This document shows, in pieces, positions 34,105 to 45,741 of a stretch of DNA of 50,127 nucleotides. The position numbers and the translations under genes were made by a program. Source of the stretch: Octopus bimaculoides. Lineage: Eukaryota. The stretch covers positions 23,252,767-23,302,893 of the forward strand of contig NC_068996.1 of the NCBI RefSeq assembly GCF_001194135.2, in the 5' to 3' direction. The notes beneath the pieces are model-generated. The model worked only from the letters and a program-made list of their open reading frames with translations, was not told the origin of the DNA and did no database searches. The first letter of the stretch is position 1. Each line of letters starts with the position of its first letter.

Positions 34105-35174
34105 TGAAAAGAACAATACAAAATTTTTTTTTAAAATCTCTTTTTTAATTCATGACAAAAAAGATTAGCTAAGGATTGAATTTATTAGTTTATTTACATA
34201 GACTGTATGTGCTTAAAAAAGATGTGTAGGACTTTGTGGACATGTTTGTGAAATTACTATTTAAAAATAACTCCATTCTGTTTAACAAAGCAATTTCTTT
34301 TTAAAGTAAATTTTCAAATCTGTCTGCTTCTAAAAACTGCTGGCATAATGAAAATATGGGAAGACATAAAATTATCAAGAACTTCCGAATTAAATTCCTC
34401 ATTCATATGATTACTTATTAATCAAAGGTGTTTTTTTTTATAAATTTTGGGAATTCAATTTTTTATTTTTTTTTTTGACACCAGTTTGTCTGTAGATTGT
34501 ACCTTAAGATGCAATTTCTTGGTTTATGTCTGTTACTAATTTAAATTACAAATAACCTGAGAACTGTTTGATTTTATTATTCTGTTCAAAGTATTTTCAA
34601 TTTTGCATAGACATTGCTTGATGTTCTGTTAATTTCATAGTTATGACTTTGAACTGTTGATTGCTTCAAAAATGATATGCCATTGAAAAAAAAAAACACA
34701 TTTTGTTTAGTACACATCTAGAGTATTAGTATTTTGTATTCGTTCACTGGTTCTACCTGTGTTGTTTGACAAAGCTTTTGCTAAGTTTTTTTTCTTTGTT
34801 ATGAATTTAGTGAATAATTAGTTTTAATGAAAAAGCATTGACTTCAAAGAACTGACAAAAATACTTATAACTGAAAATAAGATACTAAAAATAACCTAAG
34901 CTATTGGAAAAATTTCCTTTTATATATTTTAACTGTATATCTGAGACAGTCATTTTTACTTAAATATCTACTCACAGCCCACCCGAATTACTGGTATACT
35001 GACACTTTCAACATCATCATGAATACATTCCCTCCCCCTTTAATTCTATACACTGAAGAAGTTCTGTAGAATTACTGTAAAATTGTAACCAACAATTTTC
35101 ATGTTTCATAAAGTATTGAAAATGCTGAAGCTTTGTGTGGGTTATTTTTCTTGCAGATCTTACTTTCAATTCTA

Positions 35175-35211
35175 GTTTCTTTCTCTCTCTCTTTCTCTCT
35201 TTCTCTCTCTC

Positions 35212-35242
<31 letters not shown>

Positions 35243-35249
35243 TTTTCTC

Positions 35250-35282
<33 letters not shown>
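35175..35282. repeat. Imperfect (CT)n microsatellite
   Basis: Visible ct/ttct tract; the source of the spurious ER-rich ORF 35099-35359. Confidence 0.95.
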
Positions 35283-35959
35283 ACTGACAATGAATACAAC
35301 AAATGAGATTTATCAACTAGTGTATTATTCAAAATAGTGTATGTGCATATGCATACCACACACAGTTACTCTTTGTCTCTCTCATTCTCATAATTTCTAA
35401 ATCAATTTGTCAAGTAAAGAGGCAATGCCATTTTCTCAAAGTGAAATACTTTTGGTGTTTGTGTTAATACATTTAGACTGATCTAGGTACAATAATTGTT
35501 TGATTTAATTTAGCTGACTCTGTAGAACACTATTCCCTCTTTGGGACAGAGGCAGAGCATGCATACCCTGCCCCTCCAATCCAATGAGTAAATCATGCCA
35601 TTGGACATGTGGGAGCTGCTCTAAGTGTACTCTTGGATTTTTAAAATCCTGTGTTATGAACATTTGGATGCAAGCATGGCTGTGTTAAGCTTTCTGCAAA
35701 CCATATGGGTTTCAGGTACTATCTCACTGCATGGTACTTTGAGCAAGTGCATTCTATTTTAGCCCTGGGCTAACCAAAGTCCTCTGAGTGGATTTGCTAG
35801 GTGGAAACTGAAAGAAACCAATTTTGTGTGTGTGAGATACACATGTATACAAACACACACAATGTGTGTATATAATTAGGTTAGATACAAAGTCCTGTTG
35901 CCTTTTGAACAAGTAAAGGAAAAAAATGTTTATTTGGTTGTAATGGATATATTTAGTCA

Positions 35960-36890
35960 AGGTAGTAACTTACCTCATTTTTAGTAACAATCTCGGCTAA
36001 TAAGTTGTTGATCCCTCTGGCATAAAAATCTTCAGGTTATGATGCCAAGAAAGATTCAGTTTCTATGTTTGCCTCTTCTCAAGTTGTGAACTTTTTGTTA
36101 CATTTGAATAGTGTTGCAATAGTTTGAAAAGATAATCCAGTGGAACAAGGTCAGGTGAATAAGGAAGATATGACAAAACTGTCATTGAGCTTCAGAATTT
36201 TGTTCTGCATAATTAAGGCAATAATTGGTCATGCATTGTCATGTAGGAACAGCACACATGATTAACCAATACTGGTAGCTTATTCTGCAAATTTTGAAGC
36301 AATGACTCCAGTTGGTGACTACTTATCAGTATTGTCTTGCTGAATTTCAGCACTTCATGGTAGACAATACTTTTCGTATCCCACTGAACACGAAGCATGA
36401 CTTTTCTTGGTGTAGTTTGCCCCTTTTCATTGGGTGGATTTTATTGTAAAGCATTTTTTTTTTTTTTTTGTCACTGGTTATTTTATCCAAAAGAGGTCCC
36501 AGCAAGTCTATTTAATGATGCACAAATGACAACTCTGATTGAGTAGCAGTCAAATTAAGTAGCACCCACTAGCCAAGTTTAGATGCCTTTCCCAGTTTGT
36601 GCAGTTGCTTTACAATATTCCTGTGACATGTATTGAACACTTTTACCAATTCTTGTGCAGTTTGCTTGGGATTTTCTTCCACATTCCATAAAACTTTTAG
36701 ATTGCAGTGATAAGGGGATAAGTTTATTGATCGAAATTGTTTAAACCTTCATTAGCATATTCGGACAGTTGGTGCTTCATTTTTATGGGCAGAACCAATA
36801 TTTCTTGAATCTTTTGCTGAGGAACTCTTTTTGTATTCATACATCTTATGTCTGATCACCACTCATTCTAGAGGGCTCAAATTACAGAAA
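35960..36890 (-). mobile_element. Degenerate mariner (DD34D-type) transposase relic
   Basis: Minus-strand fragments MLRVQWDTKSIVYHEVLK, LHDNA*P, FLAS*PEDFYARGINNL and VEENPKQTAQELVK. Confidence 0.75.
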
Positions 36891-37499
36891 ATACTAAACA
36901 ATTTAGTATTCAATTAATTTGAAACGTGTAAGAAAAGCATTAGAACAGAAAATGAAAAAGTTATATTGCATTCTGTGTTGACTGTCTTCAAAGTTAATGT
37001 CTAAAATGAGGCAGAACTTTGTATTTAACTCTGTGTGTGTGTGTATGTTTTTGTTTGTTTTGACATTTGATGGTTGTAAATGACTACTACTGTCATTTCT
37101 AACATTCTGCCAAACCCTGTCTGACCATGGAGAAATATATATTATCTTAGTTGGAAAATAGTGAGGGCTAGTGACAAGAAGGGTGTCTAGGAGAAAATCT
37201 GCCTCAAGAAGTTCCATCTTGTCCATGCAAATATATAGAAGTGGACGTTAAATGACCAGTATCAATTATGTGTTTCTGCTTGTCCTGATCACTTGTTTGT
37301 TTGTTTGGTGACTAGAGTGACTTCACATAATAACTGAAGCAGAATGAATATCACAATTTGAATGCAATGGTTGTAGTTTCTGTGTACAGATTTGTATTTT
37401 TTTCTTGCACAGAAAATGTTTTAACTGTCTGTGGCCTTGCTTAGCTACCACCTTAAAGAATGTTGGTCAAATGATACTCATTTAGTCTTTTGCAAAACT

Positions 37500-37910
37500 A
37501 AGTTATGTGGATGTAAACATACGAAACATCAATTCTCAAACAGTGTGGTTGGAGACAGGGAAACACAATAGGCTTTGGTTGGCCCAAGGCTATAGTAGCA
37601 GACACTTGCCCAGAGTGACACAGCAAGACTGAACCCAGAACTATGTGACTGGGAAGCAGGCTTCTTATTTCTTTATTACCCACAAGGGGCTAAACATAGA
37701 GGGGACAGACAAAGGGATTAAGTTGATTACATCGACTCCAGTGCATAACTGGTACTTTATTTAGCGACCCCCGAAAGGATGAAAGGCAAAGTCGACCTCA
37801 GCGGAATTTGAATTCAGAACATAATGGCAGACGAAATACTACTAAGCATTTCGCCCAGCGTGATAACGTTTCTGCCAGCTCACCACCTTCTTACCACACA
37901 GCCATACTGA
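37500..37910 (-). mobile_element. SINE family C (tRNA head + CORE-like segment) interrupted by a SINE A (37668-37889)
   Basis: Reverse complement of tggctgtgtggtaag..gggttcagtc..ctgggcaagtgtctgctactatagcc is split by a SINE A; cttctta is duplicated at 37661 and 37887. Confidence 0.75.
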
Positions 37911-38256
37911 GTTTTGCTTCTCTGATTATGATTCAGGGTGCAGNNNNNNNNNNNNNNNNNNNNNNNNNNNNNNNNNNNNNNNNNNNNNNNNNNNNNNNNN
38001 NNNNNNNNNNNNNNNNNNNNNNNNNNNNNNNNNNNNNNNNNNNNNNNNNNNNNNNNNNNNNNNNNNNNNNNNNNNNNNNNNNNNNNNNNNNNNNNNNNNN
38101 NNNNNNNNNNNNNNNNNNNNNNNNNNNNNNNNNNNNNNNNNNNNNNNNNNNNNNNNNNNNNNNNNNNNNNNNNNNNNNNNNNNNNNNNNNNNNNNNNNNN
38201 NNNNNNNNNNNNNNNNNNNNNNNNNNNNNNNNNNNNNNNNNNNNNNNNNNNNNNNN

Positions 38257-38430
38257 ACTTGACAACCGATGGTGGTGTGTTTACGTCCCCGTAACTTAGC
38301 GGATCTGCAAAAAGAGACCGATAGAATAAGTACTAGGCTTCCAAAGAATAAGTCCTGGAGTCAATTTGCTCGACTAAAGGCGGTGCTCCAGCATGGCTGC
38401 AGTCAAATGACTGAAACAAGTAAAAGAGTA
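38257..38430 (+). mobile_element. SINE family C, 3' half
   Basis: cttgacaaccgatg..gtgctccagcatggctgcagtcaaatgactgaaacaagtaaaaga; other copies at 22850-22910 (+), 40021-40187 (-) and 45233-45276 (-). Confidence 0.85.
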
Positions 38431-38650
38431 TTTCAACAGCCAATGCATGGTGTGTACTGTTTCTAGCCATGATAGTAACTGCAAAAACAAAACAGTAGAC
38501 TATTAGCTACATGGTAACTCTATTACTGCCTGCCTAACATTACTAGCTTGTGTGTGTGTTATATAAATAATTGAAACACTAGGAGTTGTACAGGGGAGTT
38601 GAACATTAGAGCTGCACGGTTTTAAAGAGAACTTAACCACAATACTATAC

Positions 38651-38883
38651 ACCATTTTTGACTGTGGCCGTAGCCAGTACCACCTGACTGGCCTTCGTGC
38701 CGGCGGCACATAAAAGCACCCACTACACTCTTGGAGTGGTTGGCGTTAGGAAGGGCATCCAGCTGTAGAAACTCTGCCAAATCAGATTAGAACCTGGTGT
38801 AGCCATCTGGTTTCACCAGTCTTCAGTGAAATCGTCCAACCCATGCTAGCATGGAAAGCAGACGTTAAACGACGATGATGATG
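38651..38883 (+). mobile_element. SINE family B with (GAT)n tail
   Basis: ggcgttaggaagggcatccagctgtagaaac..ccatgctagcatggaaagc.gacgttaaacgatgatg; other copies at 20313-20415 (-), 39666-39945 (-), 43557-43645 (+) and 45556-45731 (-). Confidence 0.85.
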
Positions 38884-39094
38884 GCAACAATAGAAGAGTG
38901 AGATTTGAAGCTAACTCTTGCATGATATTAAGCCCTTTTCTTGTTACCAATTTGCCTAAGACTGCTCTTGGCTCTATGATAAAAACTTAAAATTTATTCA
39001 TTCAAATAAGTAAAAGACTAAAGAGTATATATAATAACAGAAAACAACTTAGTTAATGAAAAAATTTGTACATATAAACTAGACTGTCTTCTTC

Positions 39095-39560
39095 ATAATC
39101 TTATCCAATGTAGTCACCTTCAGCATCAATAACTGCTTGTATGTGAGGTCTGAATTGTCTAAAGTTCAAATTAAATGATCCTGATTTATATTGGACACTA
39201 CTCTGACTATGGTGGTCTTCAAAGAATCGTTGGTCTCATGGGGATGTTGATCTCTCTCTCTCTCTCTCTTTCTCTCAACAACACTTCACACTTAGTAATC
39301 CAATAGATTGAAATCTGGTGATTAAAATTTTTTGCTTTTGAGCCAAAGGTTTAGGGTCTTGAAAATTGTTAGCAACCCATTCTTCAGTTTCTTGAGCCTT
39401 ATGTGATAGCGCAGAGTCCTGCTGTAACTTATACAACCTTCCATCGTGTACTCTGTATACCCAGAGCTTGACAACTGTTTCCAGGACTTGTCCTTTACTG
39501 GCAACTTCAAAAGCCATGACTTGGAACTTTAGAACATAACCATTTATTTTTTCTGTTCTG
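39095..39560 (-). mobile_element. Tc1/mariner (maT/DD37D-like) transposase C-terminal relic
   Basis: VLETVVKLWVYRVHDGRLYKLQQDSALSHKAQETEEWVANNF and the terminus RQFRPHIQAVIDAEGDYIG* (39100-39160). Subfamily is recalled, not searched. Confidence 0.75.
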
Positions 39561-39665
39561 GTCAAAGTTTTTCTCACCTGAGAAAAGCCAAATCAGGTCA
39601 TGTCATGTTCTGCATTTTTAACTTTGTTCAGATCTAAAAGGCTATTAATCAAACAATTTTCCTTT

Positions 39666-39945
39666 CATCATCATCATCGTTTAACGTCCGCTTTCCATGC
39701 TAGCATGGGTTGGACGATTGACTGAGGACTGGCAGGCCAGAAGGCGACACCAGGCTTCAATCTGATTTGGCAGAGTTTCTACAGCTGGATGCCCTTCCTA
39801 ACGCCAACAACTCCAAGAGTGTAGTGGGTGCTTTTACGTGCCACCGGCACGAAGGCCAGTCAGGCGGTACTGGCAATGGCCACGCTCAAAATGGTGTTTT
39901 TTATGTGCCACTTGCACAGGAGCCAGTCCATCAGCACTGGAAACG
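39666..39945 (-). mobile_element. SINE family B
   Basis: catcatcatcgtttaacgtccgctttccatgctagcatgggttggacg.. Confidence 0.9.
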
Positions 39946-40020
39946 ATCTCGCTCGCTGTTTTTATTCTTTTCAGACATGAATTAACTTCTTATCATGTGA
40001 GACTTGTGCTGGATGTATAT

Positions 40021-40187
40021 CTTTTACTTGTTTCAGTCATTTGTGGCCATGCTGGAGCACCGCCTTAAAGGTTTTGGTTGAACAAATTGACCATAAAGCT
40101 TTTTTTTAGCCTAGTACTTATTTTATCCGTTACTTTTGCTGAACCACTAAGTTATGGGGCATAAACACACCAACACCAGTTGTCAAG
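40021..40187 (-). mobile_element. SINE family C, 3' half
   Basis: cttttacttgtttcagtcatttgtggccatgctggagcaccgcc..gttgtcaag. Confidence 0.85.
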
Positions 40188-40229
40188 CAGTGATGGGGCT
40201 AGGGACAATCACGCACACACATATGACAA

Positions 40230-41090
40230 GCTTCTTTCAGTTTCTGTATTGCAGTGGTCCTTCAGTTTTTCTAAGTTCTGGTAAAAAGAACTCTGAAAGT
40301 TGGGCCTCCAACCAGGCTTCTGTAGTGGTGATCACTTCTGAATCAGTGAAATTTTGTTCTTTTGAGATGGTTCTTCAGTTGTGGAAAGAGGTGATAGTCG
40401 GAGGGGTGGATGGGTGGGGGCAAGTCAGGAGAATAAGGTGGGTGGTCAACCAATTCAAGGTCAACTTGGGATGTGGTGAACCGTTGTGGTGCCACTTCAT
40501 TGTTCCTTGGTCTGGGGATCATAATGATGAAGCCAAGTTTCATCCATGGTGACTAGACAAGCCATAAAATCCCACTGCAAATCTGTCCAAAATCACCTTT
40601 GATGTCGTTATTCTGATTTGCTTCTTATCTGTGTTCAGGCATTTCAGCACCCATTTTGCAGAAAGCTTTCTCATGTCCAGAATGTTGTGGATGGTGTAGC
40701 CAACTCTTTCATGGGAAATCCCCAGATTCTCGGCTATGACCTCAGGTGAAATCTGGTAGTCCTTGAGAATCATGATGTGCACAGCATCAGCTTTGTCTTC
40801 AGTGGTTGCAGAAATTGATCTTCCTGACCAGGGCTCATCTGTGACCTCAAAATGTCCAGTTGGAAACTTTGATACTCAGATTTTCACTGTGGAGTAAGAT
40901 GGTCAGCCATCCTTCAAGACTTTATTCATCTCACCATAGATTTCCACTGTTACTTTGCCTTACAAAAAGAGGAACTTCATGACCAACTGTACTTCAGTTT
41001 TACCAAACTCCATTGTAGGAGCTGCTATCATGCGTTAAATCTGAAAAAAGAGAAATATATTCTATACCTTCATGATTTTTTTGCATATCT
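40230..41090 (-). mobile_element. Internally deleted mariner transposase relic
   Basis: ATG at about 41013 MEFGKTEVQLVMKFLFL..DEPWSGR..MRKLSAKWVLKCL (WVPR-like), then LVDHPPYSPDL..SDYHLFPQLKNHL. The catalytic middle is missing. Confidence 0.85.
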
Positions 41091-41469
41091 TCTAAATAGT
41101 TGTCCTACATCCCCTGTAAAGGTAACAGCTCTACCCTTTCATGATACCCTTAAAGCCAGGAACTTTTTAGTATTCCTCTTATAACCATCCTATATTAGTA
41201 ATTTTAGTATACCATTACTATTCATCTAATAAGCTGACCTGCCAACTTTCATTATTCCAGATTGAAGGAGGTAGGTGTAACAGCTCTTTGAACACACCCT
41301 ACTAAACACTGCTTGTTACAGCTGACAAGTTTTTCAGAATGTAATCAGGATATAAGGACAATTTAGAAGTTAGCTATGCATAAGAGTTTCATGTTAAACT
41401 AAGCAAAATCATAATAGAAATTTATGAAATACTTCATGTTGCTTATGGATTAACTTGTATGAGCCCAGG

Positions 41470-41890
41470 ATTTGTTTTTCGCTGACACAAGTGGCCAGGT
41501 AAAGCAAGTACACTGGGAAGCTCACGATGAACCCCTTTTTTGATAGCAAGGGTATCATCTATTGCCACTGGATTGCCTTTGGCCAGATGGTCAACAGAGA
41601 GTACTTAGTGAAGGTTTTGAGGGAGTTCAGGAAGAGATTTTGTTGCAAAAGGTTGGGGCACCTGCACCAGTTCACATTTCTATCCTGGTAATCAACTATG
41701 TGACAGAGATGGGCATCAAAATTGTAATTGTCCCTCACTCTTCCTACAGTTGCTTCCTGTACCGTTTAAGATGGAGGTCATGACAAGGGTCCTCGACATC
41801 TTCACTTTGGAGGACTTCACAAAGTGACTTGAGTGCCACAAGTGCAATGATGTCAGAGGATCTTATTTTGAAGGAGATTAGTTTTGTACT
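41470..41890 (+). mobile_element. Mariner transposase C-terminal relic
   Basis: GIIYCHWI..GQMVNREYLVKVLREFRKRF..TEMGIKIV, ending YFEGD* at about 41882. Confidence 0.8.
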
Positions 41891-42296
41891 TGAAAGAGGA
41901 GAGTGAAGTATTATATCAGAATAAAAACAGGACATCAAGCTAAGTTAATAGAAGTCAAAAGCACTTATGAACAAGATAGGATAAAATGAAAAAGTGAGAC
42001 AGTGTGAAAGGGTAAGAGTTTTTAATAGATTACATAAATCTCAAAACCCTCAAAGAAGTTTTTGGAACAATGCAAAAAATACCAAGTTTCAAAAAATTCT
42101 CAGAGAATTTTCTGAATCTCTGAAATTTTCGTTATTTAAATCTTCACAATTTGTGTGTGTTATTTTAACACTATAAGAGATATCTCAAGATGAATACCAC
42201 AGTAAATTAGGCTACCAACGAAGAAACTGCTTTAAGTATACACAGAATTCTCTTCTAGTTTTTAGTTTTAACTCAGTTTATATCACTATACCTAAT

Positions 42297-42590
42297 CCAT
42301 GACCAACACACATAGCTGTCAACAGCCCAGTCTACCTAGCTGTAAGTAGGTACCATAGTGTGGTATAGTTCACTGTACTCTGTCCATGACCAATGCACTT
42401 AACTGTCAACAGTCCAGTCTACCTAGCTGTGTAATATAGTTTCCTGTACCGTCTCTGTGAACAACACACTTAACTGTCTACCACACTGTAAGTAGGTACC
42501 ACAGTGTGGTATAATTCACTGTACTGTGTCCATGACCAACACACTTCACTATCAACAGTCTGATCTACCTAGTTGTATGTAAATAAGTCT
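42297..42590. repeat. Degenerate tandem repeat, unit about 87 bp, 3-4 copies
   Basis: ccatgaccaa..ctgtcaacag..tctacctagctgt recurs at about 42297, 42384 and 42530. Confidence 0.8.
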
Positions 42591-43063
42591 ATATAGTCAC
42601 TAAAAGTCACCATATTGTGCCTATTACTATGATACTAAAATCTAGTTCATTTGTCTCTAAATAATTAGCCATAAAATGGCATTAATTACCATACTGTCTC
42701 TCCATGCAATTCCAGTTCATTAACTTTGCATAGCAAGGTACAACAGACTTGTTGTGCCAGAGATATTTGGTTGTATATTTTCCATCTGATTTGAAACTTA
42801 ATCTTCTATTCCTCCTGATATAAATCACCCATCAAGTGTTGGTGTCTACTTCATTGATTAAAGCCTGTCTGATTGTCTCTGACAGAAACTGTCGCCTCAT
42901 CAACATCACTATCATCATCAGATTCACTACTATCACAACCTGTACTCTTCCTCTAATGCAACTACCACTAACATTGCTACTGCTACTACTACTACTACTA
43001 CTACTATTAATTATACCCCCATAATACTACTACTACTATTTGTTGTCGTTGTTGTTGTTATGA

Positions 43064-43158
43064 AGGTGATAGCTGGCAGAATTGTTAGTGTGCTAGATGA
43101 AATGCTTAGTGGTATTTTGTCTGTCGCTACATTCTGAGTTCAAATTCTGCCAAGGTCA
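43064..43158 (+). mobile_element. SINE A 5' half, heavily CpG-decayed
   Basis: gaaggtgatagctggcagaattgttagtgtgctagatgaaatgcttagtggtattttgtc.. Confidence 0.8.
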
Positions 43159-43470
43159 TTGAAAGCTACACCAATGCCAGAACGGGACGACACTGCATAG
43201 TGCCAAAAATCCCAGTAATGCCATCGCGCTTCAGGATCAGTTACTGCAACAGCCTGGGTTTCAGAAGCCCACAGCTTTTTAATATTCTCTCAAAGAGCCT
43301 GAGGAACCTGCACAAAGTAGATGTAAGTGTTTTTAAATCAAAGCTGGACCTCTTCCTGTCGAGAGTCCCAGATGAACCTACCTCACGGCAAATGAGGGTA
43401 GCTACATCAAACTCCATTCTTCACCAAGTGCCACATATTGGAAGAGGCTCTCAATAATAACAGTATAGCA
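43159..43470 (+). mobile_element. CR1-like LINE ORF2 3' end
   Basis: IESYTNARTGRHCIVP..NSLGFRSPQLFNIL..LRNLHKVDVSVFKSKLDLFLSRVPDEP..ATSNSILHQ, typical of invertebrate CR1-group C-termini. Confidence 0.7.
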
Positions 43471-43523
43471 AAATGGCATGCAGCTCTGAGCTTACAGAAA
43501 AAAAAAAATATATATATATGTTT

Positions 43524-43557
<34 letters not shown>

Positions 43558-44354
43558 CCATCTGGTTTCACCAGTTCTCAGTCAAATCGTCCAACCCATG
43601 CTAGCATGGAAAGCGGACGTTAAGCGACGACGATGATGATGATGATATATATATATATATCCATATATATATATACTGGCAGTATAACCCGACCTTGTCT
43701 GGGTGTGACTTATTATGCCATGTACGATAAGTCTTGCTAGGTGAAAATCAACTAAAAAAGAAAGCCTTACAACGAAAAAAACCCTTATCATGTAAATATG
43801 TTCATAATTCAAATGACGATGAAATTAATAGGAAAAGTCTGAAGGCTGTTTTGCGTAAAATTATTAAGCGTACATAAATTTCATCTGTCTAATTGGCTAG
43901 AGAAATGCTTGTGCAAAACAACTTTTTGCACTGCCCTGATTATACATAGCAGGGTAATCCCTTTTCACAGGAGCTAGGATGGCAATTTGTGATGAAGCAA
44001 TTGCTGGCGATCTGTTGCTAAACAGTTTTGCCAGAATTCTATCAGATTGGGCAGAAGATGTTGATGCATCATTTTGNNNNNNNNNNNNNNNNNNNNNNNN
44101 NNNNNNNNNNNNNNNNNNNNNNNNNNNNNNNNNNNNNNNNNNNNNNNNNNNNNNNNNNNNNNNNNNNNNNNNNNNNNNNNNNNNNNNNNNNNNNNNNNNN
44201 NNNNNNNNNNNNNNNNNNNNNNNNNNNNNNNNNNNNNNNNNNNNNNNNNNNNNNNNNNNNNNNNNNNNNNNCTCTTCTTTGGAGGCATAATCTATGTATA
44301 TATTAAACAGAACAATAAAAGTTATAATAGATGGCAGGGTCGGTACTTTTCACA

Positions 44355-44530
44355 TATCTATAATTTTTCAGATTAACACCTGCACGATTACCCAACCCTA
44401 ATCTTAACACTAACCCTAACACTAACCCTAAACCCTAACCCTAAAACCCTAACCCTAAAACCCTAACCCTGACCCTAAAACTGTAACCCTGACCCTAAAA
44501 CCCTAACCCTAACACCCTAGTGAAAATCGT
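44355..44530. repeat. Telomere-like (TAACCC)n array inside an interspersed element
   Basis: About 20 degenerate taaccc units at 44393-44518, between the same flanks as the 1705-1782 element. Confidence 0.85.
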
Positions 44531-45741
44531 GGTATATTTACAAAACATTGACGAACATGAGTTATATTTTACTGAATGATTGTGTACTTGCACGTGTATG
44601 CGTTTGAGAGAGCAAGAGAGGAAGAGGTAGAGAGAGGGGGAGAAAGGAATAGAGAACGCTAGCAATGAAGAGAGAGGAAGGGAGAACGGAAGACAGTTAT
44701 AAAATAGCAATGCGTGCGCATGACACAGAAAGTAGATCTTATATCTATAATGTTGATGTGTGTGTTTATGTGTATGTTGTTGTCACAGGTCACATATGTG
44801 TGGTTGCGTGTGATTTACGTTTCTATGTTATGAAAAATATGTTAGAGGTAGAGGGATACAAGAAAACTATTAAATGGGAGAGAGGAAGAAGAAGACTTTG
44901 TATGTATCACTTTCTCTCTCTCTCCTTCTTTTACTCTTACTCTCTATATTATATGTTGAGTGTGTGATCGATGAACGCTGCTACAGGTAGAAGGGAAGTA
45001 ATATCAAAGTTGCTAGAAACAACAGCCAAATCTCCCTTAAATTACACAAAGTAAACGGAATTTTAAAAATCTAATTACGCCATTGGAAAGTTCACATCGA
45101 GAAAAGTCCATTGATGTAAAAATTTTTTACGAAAAAGTGGAAAATGTGGATTTCTATAGATGCAACACACACAAACACACTCTCACAAACTCAGTTATAT
45201 ATATATATATATATATATATGGATACATATATTCTTTCACTTGTTTCAGTCATTTGACTGCGGCCATGCTGGAGCANNNNNNNNNNNNNNNNNNNNNNNN
45301 NNNNNNNNNNNNNNNNNNNNNNNNNNNNNNNNNNNNNNNNNNNNNNNNNNNNNNNNNNNNNNNNNNNNNNNNNNNNAGTGAATCAAACAGGAATTTAATT
45401 TCTATATATTCTATTTGTTCTTCTTTTTAGAATGAGGGGTAAGATAGCAGTAATTTCAAATTTAGAGGAAGGTAGATTAAGTAGTAAGGGACAGCAGATT
45501 AGGGGTGAATCAAGCAAGAGAAAAAAGGAAAATATATATATATATATATATATATCATCATCATCATCGTTTAACGTCCGCTTCCCATGCTAGCATGGGT
45601 TGGACGATTTGACTGAGGACTGGTGAAACCGGATGGCAACACCAGGCTCCAATCTAATTTGGCAGTGTTTCTACAGCTGGATGCCCTTCCTAACGCCAAC
45701 CACTCAGAGAGTGTAGTGGGTGCTTTTACGTATATATATAG

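Noticed and set aside
36903-37226. 107-aa minus-strand ORF as a possible exon of a convergent gene
   Set aside because: It overlaps decayed SINE B sequence (tttaacgtcc, ggtcagacagggtttggcaga) and has no recognisable domain.
44393-44518. True telomere or chromosome-fusion scar
   Set aside because: The array is short and degenerate, with flanks shared with a dispersed element at 1.7 kb.
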